DNA from: Cyanophora paradoxa CCMP329
Taxonomy: Eukaryota > Plantae > Glaucophyta
Assembly: GCA_004431415.1 (NCBI GenBank)
Contig: QPMI01000153.1
Span: 1 to 61,693 of the forward strand
Length of the DNA stretch: 61,693 bases
Direction: 5' to 3'
Position numbers and translations under genes: made by a program. Below are positions 44,902 to 57,707 of this stretch, piece by piece. Each line of letters opens with the position of its first letter. Positions within the stretch are counted from its first letter, which is position 1. A model generated the notes under the pieces. It searched no databases. It saw only the letters and a program-made list of their open reading frames with translations, and was not told where the DNA came from.

Positions 44902-47231
44902 CTATGCGGCGGTGACGGCGACGGAGGCGATTCCGTCTGCGAGCGCCTTCGTGATCCCCTCCTGCGCCCGCTCCTTGCGCTTCTGGAACTGCCGGCCGAG
45001 CGTCGGCCGCGGCCGGGGCTCGGCTCGGCGGGGCTGGGCGGGGCTGGGCGGGGCACCTTGGCGCGGAGCTCGTGCTCGGGGGTGCTGAGGGCGAGGGCCG
45101 CCTCCGCGTCGGCCAGCGCCTGCGGGGGCGTCGGGGGCGCGGGGCGGGGCGGGGCGGGGCGGGGGCGCCTCGTGGAAGCGGTGAAGCTTGAGGAGGCACT
45201 CGGCGCGGTTGGAGTGGAGGACGCAGCGGAGGGGGTCGCCGGGCGGGGCGAGGGCGAGGGCGGTGGAGTAGAGGACGCGCGCGTAGTCGTGGTCCTCCTT
45301 GCGGAAGGCCGCCGCCCCCCGCTCCTTCGCCGCCCCCGCCCGCTCCCGCAGCAGCTCCTCCGTCGCCACCGACCCCGTGTGCTCCTGCCGCCGGCCTCGC
45401 CGCGTGGCCCCCGGCGGGGGCGGGTGGGGCGGGGCGGACGGGGCGGAGGGCGTTGAGGGCGGCGAGGGCGGAGTCGACGAAGGAGGGGCAGAAGTGGAAG
45501 ATCTCGTACCGCGTCCCCGTCCGCAGCCCCTTGATCACCGTCCTGCCCCCGCCCCCGCATCGCCCCGGCCCCACGCGGGGCGCGGCGCGGTGCGGCGGGG
45601 CGCACGTGTCGATGACCATCTGGCGGAAGGAGGAGGCCGGGTCGAAGGAGAGGCCGTACCGCACGAGCCGCTCCGCCAGCGGGCCGGCCCCCGCCGCCGC
45701 CAGCCGCTCCCGCGAGCGCCGCCCTGCCGCCGCAAGGCTCGCCAGGCAGCTCGCCTGCGCCCGTCAGGGGCGAGCCCGGCGGGGGCCGGCGGGCGGCGGC
45801 CGCACGAGGGGCGCCTTGAGCTGGTCCCGCGCCCGCAGCGTGCTGACGAGCGTCTCCTGGGGCGGGGTCAGCGGGGGCGGGGCGGGGGCGCGGGGCGGGG
45901 CGGGGGCGCCTGGTCGGGGGCGTCGAGGGGCCGGAAGGCGGGGAGGGCGCGGAAGAGGGCGATGGTCCCCTCGCGGTCCTCCCCGAGGAGGCCCTCCAGC
46001 GCCGCCACCACCGCCTCCCCCGCGCCCCCGCCCAGCAGCGCCCCCAGCGCCCCCTCCGACCCCCCCGCCCCCGCCCCGTGGCACAGCACCGCCAGTGCCT
46101 CCGCCGCCCGGCTCGCCTTGCTGCTCTCGGGGTACGGCGGCGGCGGCGGGGCCCGGATCTCGCGCAGGAAGGTCGCGAGGAAGTCGGGGATCTGGGCGGG
46201 GGGTGAGGGCGGGGCGAGCGAGGGGGCGCGCCGCGGGCCTGGAGCAGGTGGAGCTTGGCGGCGTCGAGCTCCGCCCGGGGCACCACGAGGAAAGAGAGCG
46301 CGGACACTGCGGGCGGCCTCGGCGGGGTCGGGGGCGCGGGAGGGAGCGGGCGGACCGGCGCGGTCGCGGGCCATCTCGACGAAGCGCGGGGCGAAGGCCA
46401 TGATCTCGTCCACCGCCGCCTTCGGCTTCAGGATGTCCGCCTGGTGCCGCCCCAGCGGGCTCGCCAGCTCCTCCCGGAAGCGCTGCGGCGGGCTCAGGGG
46501 GGCGGGGCGGGCGCGGGCGGGGCGGGCGGACGTCGACGGGGAGGTTGGCGCAGGCGACGAGGGCGGAGACGAGCTCGGCGTCGGCGCACGCGGCGAGCAG
46601 CGAGGCCTGCTTCGACACGTAGAAGAGCGACTGGAGGACGGAGCAGAGGTTGTGCTTGGTCATCGTGTTGCCGGCGCGGAGGGCGAGGGTGAAGGCGGGG
46701 AGGAAGAGGGCGTCGCGGGCGAGCGCCAGGGCGATCTCCTCCTTGAAGTCCGACACCAGCAGCAGCTGCAGGATGTCCGACGCGTGGATGCTCACAAACG
46801 GCACCGGCAGCCGCTCCTTCAGCAGCCGCAGCATCGCCGGCACGATCCCGCAGTCGAACGAGAGCTTCACCGTCGCCCCGATGTGCTTCGCCAGCATCGG
46901 CGCCTTCACGAACTCAAGCGTCGCGCGGCAACTCGCCGTCCACATCTGCATCTCCGCCAGCTCCCGGTCCGCCAGGCTCGAGAGGACGTCGCGCAGCGCC
47001 TCCGTCCGCTCGGGGTCCGGGCGCGCGAGGATGCAGCGATAGCAGTTGCTGCCGCGTCGTCAGAATCGGCGCATACGTGCCATGGCGCGCGCGCGGGCCG
47101 CCAGCGCCGCGGGGGCGAGGGCGTCGGGCGCACGGGTAAGGACACGGCTTGGGCTCCTCCGCTTGCGGTTCCGCTGCGGACGCCATCGCCGGAGCGTCGT
47201 CGTGCGGCGACGCGGCCGCGTCTCCCGACAT
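44902..47231 (-). CDS. Armadillo-like helical protein with C-terminal TPR domain
   Basis: AKERGAAAFRKEDHDYARVLYSTAL...LHSNRAECLLKL...ALADAEAAL (TPR), preceded by Leu-rich helical exons. Confidence 0.75.
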
Positions 47232-47510
47232 TCCCAACTTCTAGGCACTACAACTGTGTACCCCTGCCAGGCTGGCTTGCACGTGCACTTGAAAATGAAT
47301 CGCGCTGCCCCGGCCCTGGGCCTGCTGCCGTCTAGGCCTGGGCCTACGTATACTCCCTGCTGCCCCGGGCGCTCCATGGATCACTGAAGTTCTGTGCGTA
47401 CATGATGCCACACACCAAGGCCTGGGGAACTTCGGAAGGGCCAGGCTTCCGCCCTGCCAGGCCCCACGACGGGCGGCCGGGCCGGGCCGGCTGCGGCGGG
47501 CGGGGGGCGC

Positions 47511-47835
47511 CTAGTGGCGGAAGTGGCGCATGCCGGAGAAGATCATGGCGAGGCCCTTCTCGTTGGCGGCGGCGATGACGTCGTCGTCCTTGACGGAGCC
47601 GCCGGGCTGGATGACCGCCGTGCAGCCGGCCTCCGCGAGCGTCAGCAGCCCGTCCGGGAACGGGAAGAAGGCGTCCGACGCCGCCACCGACCCCTGCGCC
47701 CCGTCTCAGCCGCCCCGGCGCGCCGCGGCGGGGCGGGGCGGGGGGAGGGCGGGCCTTGAGGCGGGAGGCGGGGTCCTCGCCGGCGGCCTGCGCGGTCTCG
47801 CGGCTCTTCTGCACGGCGACGCGGGTGGAGTCGAG

Positions 47836-47868
<33 letters not shown>

Positions 47869-49566
47869 CATGCCGTCCTTGACGTAGACGATGGCGTTGG
47901 ACTTGACGTGCTTGCAGACGACGAAGCCGAACATGAGGTCCTTGAGCTCCTGCTCCGTGGGGCCGCGCGTCGTCACCGTCTTGCAGTCGGCGGCGGTGAC
48001 GCGCCCGTTGTCGCGGTTCTGGAAGAGGAAGCCGCCGGAGAGGGACTTGAAGGTCATGCCGGCCTCGCGCGGCTCGGGCATGCGCTCGACGACGAGGACG
48101 CGGACGTTCTTCTTGGGGGCCATGATCGCCCGCGCCGCCTCGTCCACCCCCGGGGCGATCACCACCTCGACGAAGAGCTTGGCGATCTCCTTCGCCGTCG
48201 CCTCGTCGAGCGGCCGGTTGAGGGCGATGATGCCCCCGAAGGCCGACACGGGGTCGCTCTTGAGGGCCTTGAGGTAGGCCTCGTGCAGGGTGGCCCCGAC
48301 GGCGACGCCGCAGGGGTTGGCGTGCTTGATGATCGCGCACGCCGGCGCCTCCGTGAACTCCGCCACCAGCTCGAACGCCGCGTCCGTGTCGTTCAGGTTG
48401 TTGTAGCTCAGCTCCTTCCCCTGCGCCCCGCTCGCCCCCCGCCCCCGCCCCCGCCCACCCCGCCCTGCGCGCCTGGATCTGGGCCGCCGTCGCGATGCCG
48501 GGCCGCAGGTTGGGCTCGTTGCTCACGTAGAAGGCCGCCGCCTGGTGCGGGTTCTCGCCGTACCTGCGCAGCGCTCGGGGCGGGGCGGGGGCCGGGGCGG
48601 GGGCGGGGCGGGGGGGCGGACCGGAGGGTCTGCTTGAGGGTGCCCGAGGTGGAAAGGCGCTCGGGGAAGGTGACGCCCGTCTGGCGGGCGAAGTAGCCGG
48701 CGATCGCCGAGTCGTACGCCGCCGTCCGCGAGAAGGCCGCCGCCGCCATCTTCCGCCGGAACTCCGCCGTCGTCGCCCCCTGCGCCCCGCGTCGGGGGCG
48801 GGGCGGGGCGGGGCGGGGGGGGCGGGGCGGGCGGACGGCGTTGGCGTCGAGCTCGGCGAAGAGCTCGGCGTACTGGGCGGCGTCGGTGAGCACGACCACA
48901 GAGCGGTGGTTCTTGCACGCCGAGCGGATCATCGCCGGGCCCCCGATGTCGATGTTCTCCACGCACCTGCCGCCCCGTCACGCCCGCCCCGCCGCCCCGC
49001 CGCCCCCCGCCCCGCCCCCCGCACGTGTCGAAGTCGGCGCCGCGGGCGACGGTGGACTCGAAGGGGTAGAGGTTGATGCAGACGAGATCGATGGGCTTGA
49101 TGTTATGCGTGGCCATCGCCGCCTCGTGGCTCGCGTTGCCGCGCACGCCGAGAAGCCCGCCGTGGATCACGGGGTGGAGCGTCTTCACCCGACCGTCCAT
49201 CATCTCGGGGAAACCCGTGTAGTCGCCGACCTCCACCACCTGCCGCCCCGCCCCGCCTCGGCGCTCCCCGGCGCCCCGTGACCTCCTCCCTCGAGCCCCG
49301 CACCGTCAGGCCAGCATCGCGGAGGGCCTTGGCGGATCCGCCCGTGGACAGGAGCTCGACGCCCAGGGAGGCCAGCTTCTTGCCGAGGTCAATCAGGCCG
49401 GCCTTGTCGGATACGGAGATGAGGGCCCGCTTGATTTGGACCGGGCCAGGGGCCGGGAGGCCGCCTGCGCCCAAGCCGAGATTGAGGGTCAGCTCGGTCG
49501 GCGTACGCGTGGCCCCGGCGGCGCAGGCGGCGCGATCGGCGCACTGGTGGGTGACGCCGTGGACAT
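47511..49566 (-). CDS. purH: Bifunctional AICAR transformylase / IMP cyclohydrolase
   Basis: [60 protein letters not shown] and GMRHFRH*. Confidence 0.97.
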
Positions 49567-49855
49567 CGTGATCCCTCGCTGCGAGCGGCGGGCACGGCTG
49601 CTGAGGCCAATACGATCGATCTCGTTCAAAGGCCGGATCCCTTCGAACGAACTGCCGAAGCGGGCGGTCTGCTCGAAGCCGAAGTTGCGGCCGATTGGGC
49701 TGCTAGCCGCCGAGGGGGTGGCTGTCCGCTGGAGGTTGGAGCAAGTGCTGCTGCTGCTGGCGGCGAGCACGCGAACCGAGGTCACAGGGCGAGCGAGCGG
49801 CGTGCAGAACATTTTTCCCTGTACCCGCCCGCAGCCCACACCCCCGACCCAGATT

Positions 49856-51845
49856 ATGGCTTCTTTCAGTGTCGGCCTGGCCGGCCCTGCCGCTCTTCGT
49901 AGCACGACTCTGGTTACATCAGCGGATGTCGCCGCATCGCCGGTTTTGCGCCCGGCCCCCGCGTGCGGCCAGGCGGCGAGCAGCTTCTTCCGAGGGGAGG
50001 CGAAGGGCCTCAGCAGCCGCACATTCTTGCCGAGCGCGCCTGCAGGTGCGCTGCACGCGGGTCGAGAGCGCGCTCCGACGCGCGTCGCACCAGCACTCAT
50101 TACTGGGATCTTTGTCTGCCGTGCGCAGCTGGCGGCTTCGAGCGCTACCAGTTCGTCATGAAGAAGGGTGGGAAAACGACGAAGGGCGCGAAGAGCGGCG
50201 GAGGCGCTGCGAAGGCGGCGGCCCGCGCCAAGGCCGCTGCGTCGATGGCGAAGGCTCAGCCGGCCCCGACGGCCGTCGTAGAGAAGGTCAAGGAGGCAGA
50301 GCCGGAGGCGGAGGAGAGCGAGGACGAGGAGGAGACTCTAGTGGAGGCCGAGGAGCCGGCACCGGCGCCGGCGGCAGCAGCACGCGCGCCGCCCGCGCGC
50401 AAGCAGGCGGCGGCGCCGTCGAAGAACGGGAGAGGCTGGTCGGCGGAGGCGACGGCGGGCCCCGGGACGGAGCGGATCGCGGTGCCGGCGGGGGCATCGC
50501 TCTCCTGGGAGATGGACTTCTACTCGCGGCCGCTCGTCGACGAGGAGGGCAAGCGGGTGCGCGGCCGGCGCGGCCGGCGCGGGGCGGGGCGGGCGGGGCC
50601 GAGGGGGCGGCCCGCAGGTGTGGGAGCTGCTGGTGTGCGACAGCACGGGGACGTTCCGGTACGCGGAGACGATGGCCTCGGGGGCGATCAACGCGACGGC
50701 GCTGAAGGAGGCGCTGGCGCGGCTCGTGGCCCGCGTCGACACCAAGCCGCGCATGCTGCGCTACTTCCGGCAGAGCATGACGAACACGATCCGCATGGCC
50801 GTCGCCGACCTCGGCATCGTCGTCCGCCCCTCGCGCCGCGCATACGCCATCATCCGCTGGGTCGACGAGCGCATGCACCCCGACCGCGGCGTCTACGCCC
50901 GCCTCCCCAACTTCAGCCCCACCCCCGTGCGCCCGCCGCGCCCCGCCCCCCCGCCCCGCCGGTCCGACGGTCGCCGCAGAAGAACCCGTTCACGGACCAG
51001 CCGCTCTTCATGGCGGCGCCGCCGCTGCCGCTCCCCGACGCGCTCCTCGGCGAGAAGGCGCGCCGGCGCTGCCCCGGGGGCGCGGCGACGGGGCGGGGCT
51101 GACGGGGCGCAGTGGACGTTCCTGAGCCTGCGCAAGGGGGACCTGGAGGAGATCATCGCGGAGCCGCGCGAGTTCTCCGAGCTCTGCCCCTTCAACGCCG
51201 ACCAGCGCGCCCTCGCCGCCGACACCATGGTTCCCGGCGTCGGTGCGCGCCGCGGGCCCCGGGGGCGGGCGGGGGCCGACGGGGCGGCAGTGCTCTACTC
51301 GAAGCGGGCGAAGGCGCTGGCCGGCTGGATGAGTTCCGTCGAGCTCGCCTTCATGACCGGTCCCCGCCCCCCGCCCCGCCCCGCCCGCCCCCGCCCACCC
51401 CGGCCCCCCAGTCGACCGCGAGCCCGGGAGCGGCAACGCCAAGGCCCTCATCATGGAGACCGGCGTGCAGGACCGGCGCGCCCGCCCACCCGCCCCCCTG
51501 CGCGCGGCGGCTGTTGCGCCGCTGAAGCTGCGCAGCTGGCTCTTCTCGAACCTGTCGAGCCCGCAGCTGCGCGAGCAGGCGGAGACCTTCATGAAGGAGC
51601 GCGACGCCGCTGCCGGGGTGCCCGCGCGCCCGCGCCCCCGCCTTCCGCCCCCGGCGCGGGGCGTGACGGGCGGGCAGCTGCACTTCGTGGCGATCCAGAG
51701 CCCCGTGACGGACGAGGTTCCGGGCCTCTGGGTCCTCGAGGAGGTGCTCCCCCCCCTTCCACCCCCCCCCCCCCCCCCCCCCCCCACACGCCCTCCGCCC
51801 CGCCCGCCCCCTCACCCCCGCCCAGATGACCGCCCCGGCCTCTAG
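49856..51845 (+). CDS. TAB2: Tab2/ATAB2 family plastid RNA-binding protein with transit peptide
   Basis: [49 protein letters not shown] and LHFVAIQSP...GLWVL. N-terminus MASFSVG is Ser/Ala-rich. Confidence 0.92.
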
Positions 51846-51949
51846 ACGCAGCGCCTCGCCCGCCCCCTGCCCCCACCCCCTCCCGCCCTCCCCCGTCCCG
51901 TGCAGTCCACCATCCCCTCCCCTGTCTCAATTTCAGCTTCGCGGCTTGC

Positions 51950-53423
51950 ATGCTGGCCCAAGGGGCCGGTTAGCGGGGCCCGGGGCGGGGCGGGGCGCCG
52001 GGGGCGAGAAGACGAAGGGAGACATCGGCGGCGTCCGCCACCGGGGCGAGCTCGAGGAGGCGGCCGGCGAGGGCGCCCAGGGCCCGCTGCCGGTCCCCGC
52101 CCTCGGCGAGGGCGCTGTTCTGCGTGCACGAGAGTCACGGCAGCTCGCCCTGGTGGCGGCAGACAAGGGCTCGCCTGGCGCTGGGCGAGGTGCAGGAGCG
52201 CTGCGAATGTGCGCTGCGGGGTGACGGCCGGGCCCTCCTCGGGGTCCCCCCGGGCCTCGGAGAGGCGGGCGAGGCGGCCGGCCCCGATGTGGCCCGCCAG
52301 GTGCCCTGCCAGCCTCGCCAGGCCCACCCGCCCCTGCCGCCCCCTCAGCCGCGAGCCGCGCCCCCCGCCGGGGGCAGCGCGCGGGGCCGCCTTGGAGTCG
52401 GGCGCCGCGGCTCCATTGCGGCGCGCAGGCGCTTGCGGCGCTCCTCCCGCGCCACCCGCGCCTCCGAGGGGCGCCCCACAACCGTCCCCGGCGCCCCAGC
52501 CTCCACCTCGGCCCCTGCCGCCCGCCTCAGCGCCCCGGCTGCCGCCCGGGCGAGCGAATGGCGGAGCGGGCCTTTGCCGCGGGCAGGGGTCTGATCGTGC
52601 GAGGCAGCAGGCAACGGGGGCGCCTCGGGCGCCCCCTCCTCCCCGAGGGCGAACGGCGAGGCAGGAGCAGGGGCCGGCACGGGCCCCTCCCCCTTGCCCC
52701 CGAACGCCTCGCCGACGCCAGCCGGCTCTGGCGAGGCGGCCGCCCCGCGGCGGCGCCGGGGCGCGCGGCGGCGGGCGACGAGGCGGGCGCAAAGGGGAGG
52801 AAGGGGTCGCCCTCACCCTCACCGCCCGCCTCGTCGAACCAGCCGTCGCCCTCGCCCGCCCGCCCGCCGCCGCCCCCGCGGGCCCGCCGCGAAGGCCGGG
52901 ACGGCGGGTGGCGGGGCGCTGGAGGGGGCGAGGGCGGCGCGCGGGGGCAGCACGGGCCGCTCCAGCACCGCCCCCGCCTCCCCGGCGGCGAGCCAGGCGG
53001 CGAGCTCGGCGCCCGAGGCGGCGAAGGAGGCCGCCGCGCCCACAGCGCGCGCCCGCACGGGCGGGCCCGGAGGAGCATGGGGAGGCGGTTCTGCTCAGGG
53101 TCCGCCTTGAGGCGTAGCACGGCGGCGCCCTTCATCTTGGCCGCCCCCGCCGGGGGCGGGGCCTCCAGGTCAACCCACACCGGCCCGATCACCGGCACCG
53201 TCGGGCACCGCTCTGGCCCCGCCCACTCGGAGGGCGCCGCCGGCGGGCCGGGGCGGGGCTGGGGGGCACCGGCAAGGCGCTGGAGGGCGCTCGAGGCGGC
53301 ACTTCGCTCTAGCCGCCGCTTTGCCGCCCCCCGCCGCCGCTCCGCCGCCTCCTGCTCCCGCCGCCGACCCTCCGCCTCCACCGCCTGCCGACCGGCGTCA
53401 GGGCCGGCGGGCGGGCGGGAGCT

Positions 53424-53512
<89 letters not shown>

Positions 53513-55038
53513 TCGGCAGCGACCCGCCCGGCGCGCTCGGCCTCCGCCTGCCGGGGGAGGGTTCACGGCGGGGCGCGGGCCGCGCGGGGCGCGCTGGGCG
53601 GGCGTCGGCGGCGGCGCGGCGGGCGTCGTGCTCGTCGGCGTCGGCGAGGAGGGCGAGCTGCGCGCCGGTGAGGCCTCCGGTGCTGGGGCCGCGGCGGGGC
53701 GCGCGGGGCCGGCCTCGGCGTAGAGGGCCTCCTCGGGGCCCACGCCTCGAGCCCCATGCCCCACGCCTCGCCGCCCGGCGGCCCCGGCCCGCCCCTCCCC
53801 GCCCGCCGACTCGGGGGTCCCGGGGCCGCCTCGGGGAAGGCCTCCTCGAAGACCAGACCCCGGCCCCGGGGCTCCCGGGCGCCCCGCCCCGCCCCGGGCT
53901 CCAGCCCTTCGGCGGCGAGGGCGGGGCCTGCGGCGGCAGGGCCGGGGCGGCCTCGGGTGGGGCGGGTGCGTGGGTGCGAGGGGCGGGTGAGCGGGCGGGG
54001 CCGGGGGCGGGCTCCTCCTCGTCCGAGTCGAGGGGGCAGGGTCGAGGGCCGCCACCAGCGCCCGCAGCGCCCCGCCTCGAACCCTGCCGCCCCTCGCACC
54101 CCGCCCCTCCACCCCGCACCCCGCACCCGCGCTCCGCACCCCGCTCCGCCTCGTCCGGGCCGGACGGCTGGCGGGTGGGGCCGGCGCGGCGACGGCGAGG
54201 CGGTAGCCGGCGGCCTCCTCGAGGGCGAGGTCCGCGAAGAGGGGCGGCAGGCCCGCCACCGACCTGCCCCGCGTCGGCCCTCGCCCCGTGGCGCCTGCGG
54301 CGAGTGCGGGCACCGCGCGAGGGGGCGGGGCCCGGGGCAGGGGGCCGGTCGAGGGGCAGGCGGGGCCCGTCGCGCTCGGCCGTCTCATCCGGCTCAAGCG
54401 TGGCGCTCCCGCGCGGCGCCAGGCCGCGCGCCGTCTCCCCTCGCAGCTGCCGGCCTGTCGGGCAGCCGCCTGGGGGCGGGGGCGCGGCGGACGCGCCCTG
54501 AAGAACTCAACCGCCTCGCCCCGCAGCACCGTCCCGTACGTCTCCGCCATCTCCCGCGCCAGCCGCCCCTCCCGCGCCCCCTCCGCGCCAACACCCTCCT
54601 CCGCCTCATCCTCCCCAGCATCCTCGTTCTCCTCGCCGCCCCCTGCGCTCCCGCTTAGCGGAAGGCAAACCCAGCAAGGAGCGCGGGCCGGGGCAGAACC
54701 TTCCGCGCGCTCTGCTTCCTTCGCGCCAGAAGTGGCGGCCTTCTGCTTTCCTTTTCCGTCGCCAGACTCCACGGACTTCAGCAGCTTGAGAGCTGCTGAA
54801 GTCCCCGAGTTGAGCTGCTTGTACTGAGCTGCAGCCCGGCGCGGAATGAGTTGTGGGAGCACTAGCTGCGGAGGACGAGATCAAAGACTGGGGTTGCGCG
54901 CGCCGTCGATTATCTGAGTCCTTATTTGGACGTTCTTCGTGGCAGAGGCCTGCGGAAAAAGCTTATCTTCGCCCAGTGCTCGGCATGCGCTTGCGAGCCA
55001 CTTGCAATTTGCACGTCAAGCGACGCTCGCTGCGGCAT
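51950..55038 (-). CDS. Hypothetical low-complexity multi-exon protein
   Basis: Coding-like pieces (QYKQLNSGTSAALKLLK, REMAETYGTVLRGEAVEFF, REERRKRLRAAME); boundaries uncertain. Confidence 0.45.
53425..53508. repeat. (GT)n microsatellite followed by poly-G, intronic
   Basis: Directly visible. Confidence 0.95.
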
Positions 55039-55868
55039 GGTCTCTTCGAAACGCGTTTTACACAGCGTTGTGAACCTCGCGCTGAAAGCGTCGCGCGCGA
55101 GCTGGCTCTTTCCTGCCGGCGCGTGAGCCCCTGGAATGCGAGCGTCGTCGCATACAACGCGCAACCCGTGGCAAGGAGCGCGGCGACGTCTGCCAAGACG
55201 ACGACCTCCCGGCCCGCCGCGTCGACGCGAGCCTCCAGACGCTGTATCTTCATCGATCGAGGCTTCTCGCTTGCCGCCGGCTCGCAACCGGCTCGCAAGG
55301 TGGCGAGGCGTTCAACTTCGGTTCAATGTGGTGGGGTACCAACGATAGTCCCTGGCTGAGCAGCGGCCTGGGCCGGGGCCTTCGGAACCTTCGCGGCGAC
55401 TCGCACCGGCTCATTTAAACTGTTATAGTTCTGTCACAGACTAGGGGTCCTCCGTGCACCAAGTCTCTAGCTCTTGCAAGCTCACAAGCTCTCACAAGCT
55501 TCACCCTCTTCGAACACGTCCTGTGATACGCGTCTACATAGCGCCAGCAACTTGCATTGTTCCGCTCGCAGCTCCGACTGGCCATGGCGGCCGCGACAGG
55601 ACGCGACGCCGAAGCAAGTATGGCCGCGATGCAAAGTGTATGCCGCAATCGACGAAAAGTGCGCCAGCTCACTTTGATGCAGTTGCTGAGGATTGGGCGG
55701 AACGACGAGGATCCACTCACGGCTTCTTTCGGACCGCGCCTGTTCTCAATCTGCCAGCGGGCGGGGATAATTACGCACCTCATCGGGGCCATCGACGAGG
55801 CGGCGCAGCGGCGCCTCAAGCGCAGCTCGTGCTGCTCCGTCCGCCTCCGCTCGCTCTCGTCGGCGCGA

Positions 55869-57707
55869 ATGCAGCGCCCCGTGGGGCTCCACCTGAGCGC
55901 GGAAGAGGCGGAAATGCAGGAGGAGCTCCGCGAGCTGCAGGCGGAGCAGGAGGCCGAGGTCCTCGCCCTGCACGCCGAAGTCCGCGCCGCAGTCCTCCAG
56001 CGCGGCCACCTGGCGCGCGCCCCAGGGGAGCTCCCGCCTGCGGAGGCTCCCGAGGCGCCCGGCGACCCCGAGTCGTGCGAGCGCTGCCGGGCGGCGGCGT
56101 CCCGCGAGGCGGCGCTCGCCGGCGAGCTCGCCGCCGTTCGCGGGCAGCTCTCTCGCGGCGCCGCCGACCTCGCAGCCAGGCGCGACGAGCTCGCCGTCGC
56201 CCGCACGGAGGCTGCCGAGGTTCGCGACCAGCTCGCGGCAGCCCGCGCAGAGGCGGCGGCGCTTCGCGACCAGCTCGTGGCGGCCCGCGCGGAGGCGGCG
56301 GCGGCGCGCGATGAGCTGGCGGCGGCCAGCGCGGAGCTCGCAGCAAGAGACGACGAGCTCGTGGCTGCAAGGGCAGAGGCGTCTGGGAGCCGGGAAGGTC
56401 TCGCAGCTGCGAGGGCGGAGGCGGCAGCGAGGCGCGAAGAGGAGGCGGCCACACGTGCGGAGCTCGCGGCGATCCGCGAGGAGGCGGTGGCCGCCCGCGC
56501 CGAGGCGGCTGCCGGCCGCGAGGCGGCGGCGGCGGCGCGCGCGGAGGCGGCGGCGGCGCGGGAGGCGGCGCAGGAGGCGGAGCGGCGGGCGACGGAGGCG
56601 GAGGAGGAGGCGGAGCGGGGCGCGGAGCGGGAGGCGGCGCTGGCGGAGCGGGCGGAGGCGCTGGAGGCGGAGCTGGAGGGGCGCGGGGGCGAGGTGGAGA
56701 ACCTGCGGGCCTCGCGGAGAAGCTCGTCGGGGACATGGAGCGGGGCGCGAAGGCCATCCGCCGCCTCGGGCAGGTGCCCCCGCCGAGCTCGACTGCGGGG
56801 GCGAGGGGGACGCTCGCGAGCCTCCGGGGCCCCTCGGCGCGCAGGAGAACGTGCGCCTCGCCGAGTTCGTGCGCCACGTGCAGACCTCGGCGGCCGCCAT
56901 GCTCCACGAGCCCCAGCCCGGCGCCCCCGAGGCCGCCCGCGCCCGCGCCGCCCTCCTCGCGGCCCAGCGCGGCGCCCGCCCCGACGAGGTGCGCCCCGCC
57001 CGGCCGCCGCTGCGCGCGGGGCCGACGGCGCGGCAGGTGGAGGCGGCGGCGCTGCGGGCCGAGCGGGACGAGCTCCAGGCCCTCCTCGCCCGCGCCTCCC
57101 GCGACCGGCCCGCCCCCGCCCGCCCCGCCCCGCCCCGCTCCGAACGCTCAGGCGCGCGCAGGAGCGAGCTGCTGGCGGCGATAGGCGGGCGCCGACGAGC
57201 GGGCGCAGCACGCCGCTGGTGCTCAGCGGGCCGCCGACGCCGCGGGAGAGGGTGGGCACCCCCGCTGGGGCCCCGGAGGTCGCCCTCGCCCCGGCCTCCG
57301 GGCACCGGCCCCTCGCCCAGGCCCACGGCGCCGGCGGGGGAAAGGGCGGGGGCGGGCCGGGGCCGGGCTGGGCGGGGCGGGGCGGGCGGGGGCGGGGGAG
57401 GGGGAGCTGGTGCGGGAGCTGGCGGCGGCGATGGCGCAGGAGGCGCTGCAGGGGCGGCGCGAGGAGGGCCCCGGCCCCGCCGCCCCGCGCCCCTCCCTCT
57501 CCCCCGCCATCCACGACCTCCGCTCCCACGCGCGCCCCCGCTCGCACCCGCCGCCCCCGCCCCTCCTCACCGCCCCGCCCGCAGCTCGCGAACTCGTCCG
57601 CCGAGATCAGCCAGCTCGCCTCCGCCAGCGGCTCCAGCTCGAGCTCAAGCCAGGCCCCGACGGGCGGCGCTAGTGGGCCCGCCCGCGCCCGCCTCGTGGT
57701 CATCTAG
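55869..57707 (+). CDS. Coiled-coil protein with 7/14-aa Ala/Glu/Arg repeats
   Basis: RDQLAAARAEAAAL-type repeats; start uncertain. Confidence 0.65.
   Translation: MQRPVGLHLSAEEAEMQEELRELQAEQEAEVLALHAEVRAAVLQRGHLARAPGELPPAEAPEAPGDPESCERCRAAASREAALAGELAAVRGQLSRGAADLAARRDELAVARTEAAEVRDQLAAARAEAAALRDQLVAARAEAAAARDELAAASAELAARDDELVAARAEASGSREGLAAARAEAAARREEEAATRAELAAIREEAVAARAEAAAGREAAAAARAEAAAAREAAQEAERRATEAEEEAERGAEREAALAERAEALEAELEGRGGEVENLRASRRSSSGTWSGARRPSAASGRCPRRARLRGRGGRSRASGAPRRAGERAPRRVRAPRADLGGRHAPRAPARRPRGRPRPRRPPRGPARRPPRRGAPRPAAAARGADGAAGGGGGAAGRAGRAPGPPRPRLPRPARPRPPRPAPLRTLRRAQERAAGGDRRAPTSGRSTPLVLSGPPTPRERVGTPAGAPEVALAPASGHRPLAQAHGAGGGKGGGGPGPGWAGRGGRGRGRGSWCGSWRRRWRRRRCRGGARRAPAPPPRAPPSPPPSTTSAPTRAPARTRRPRPSSPPRPQLANSSAEISQLASASGSSSSSSQAPTGGASGPARARLVVI

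Noticed and set aside
53461-53508. Poly-G and poly-C runs (also about 21700, 26775, 51762) as functional elements
   Set aside because: Intronic homopolymers of unreliable length, part of the general intron composition.
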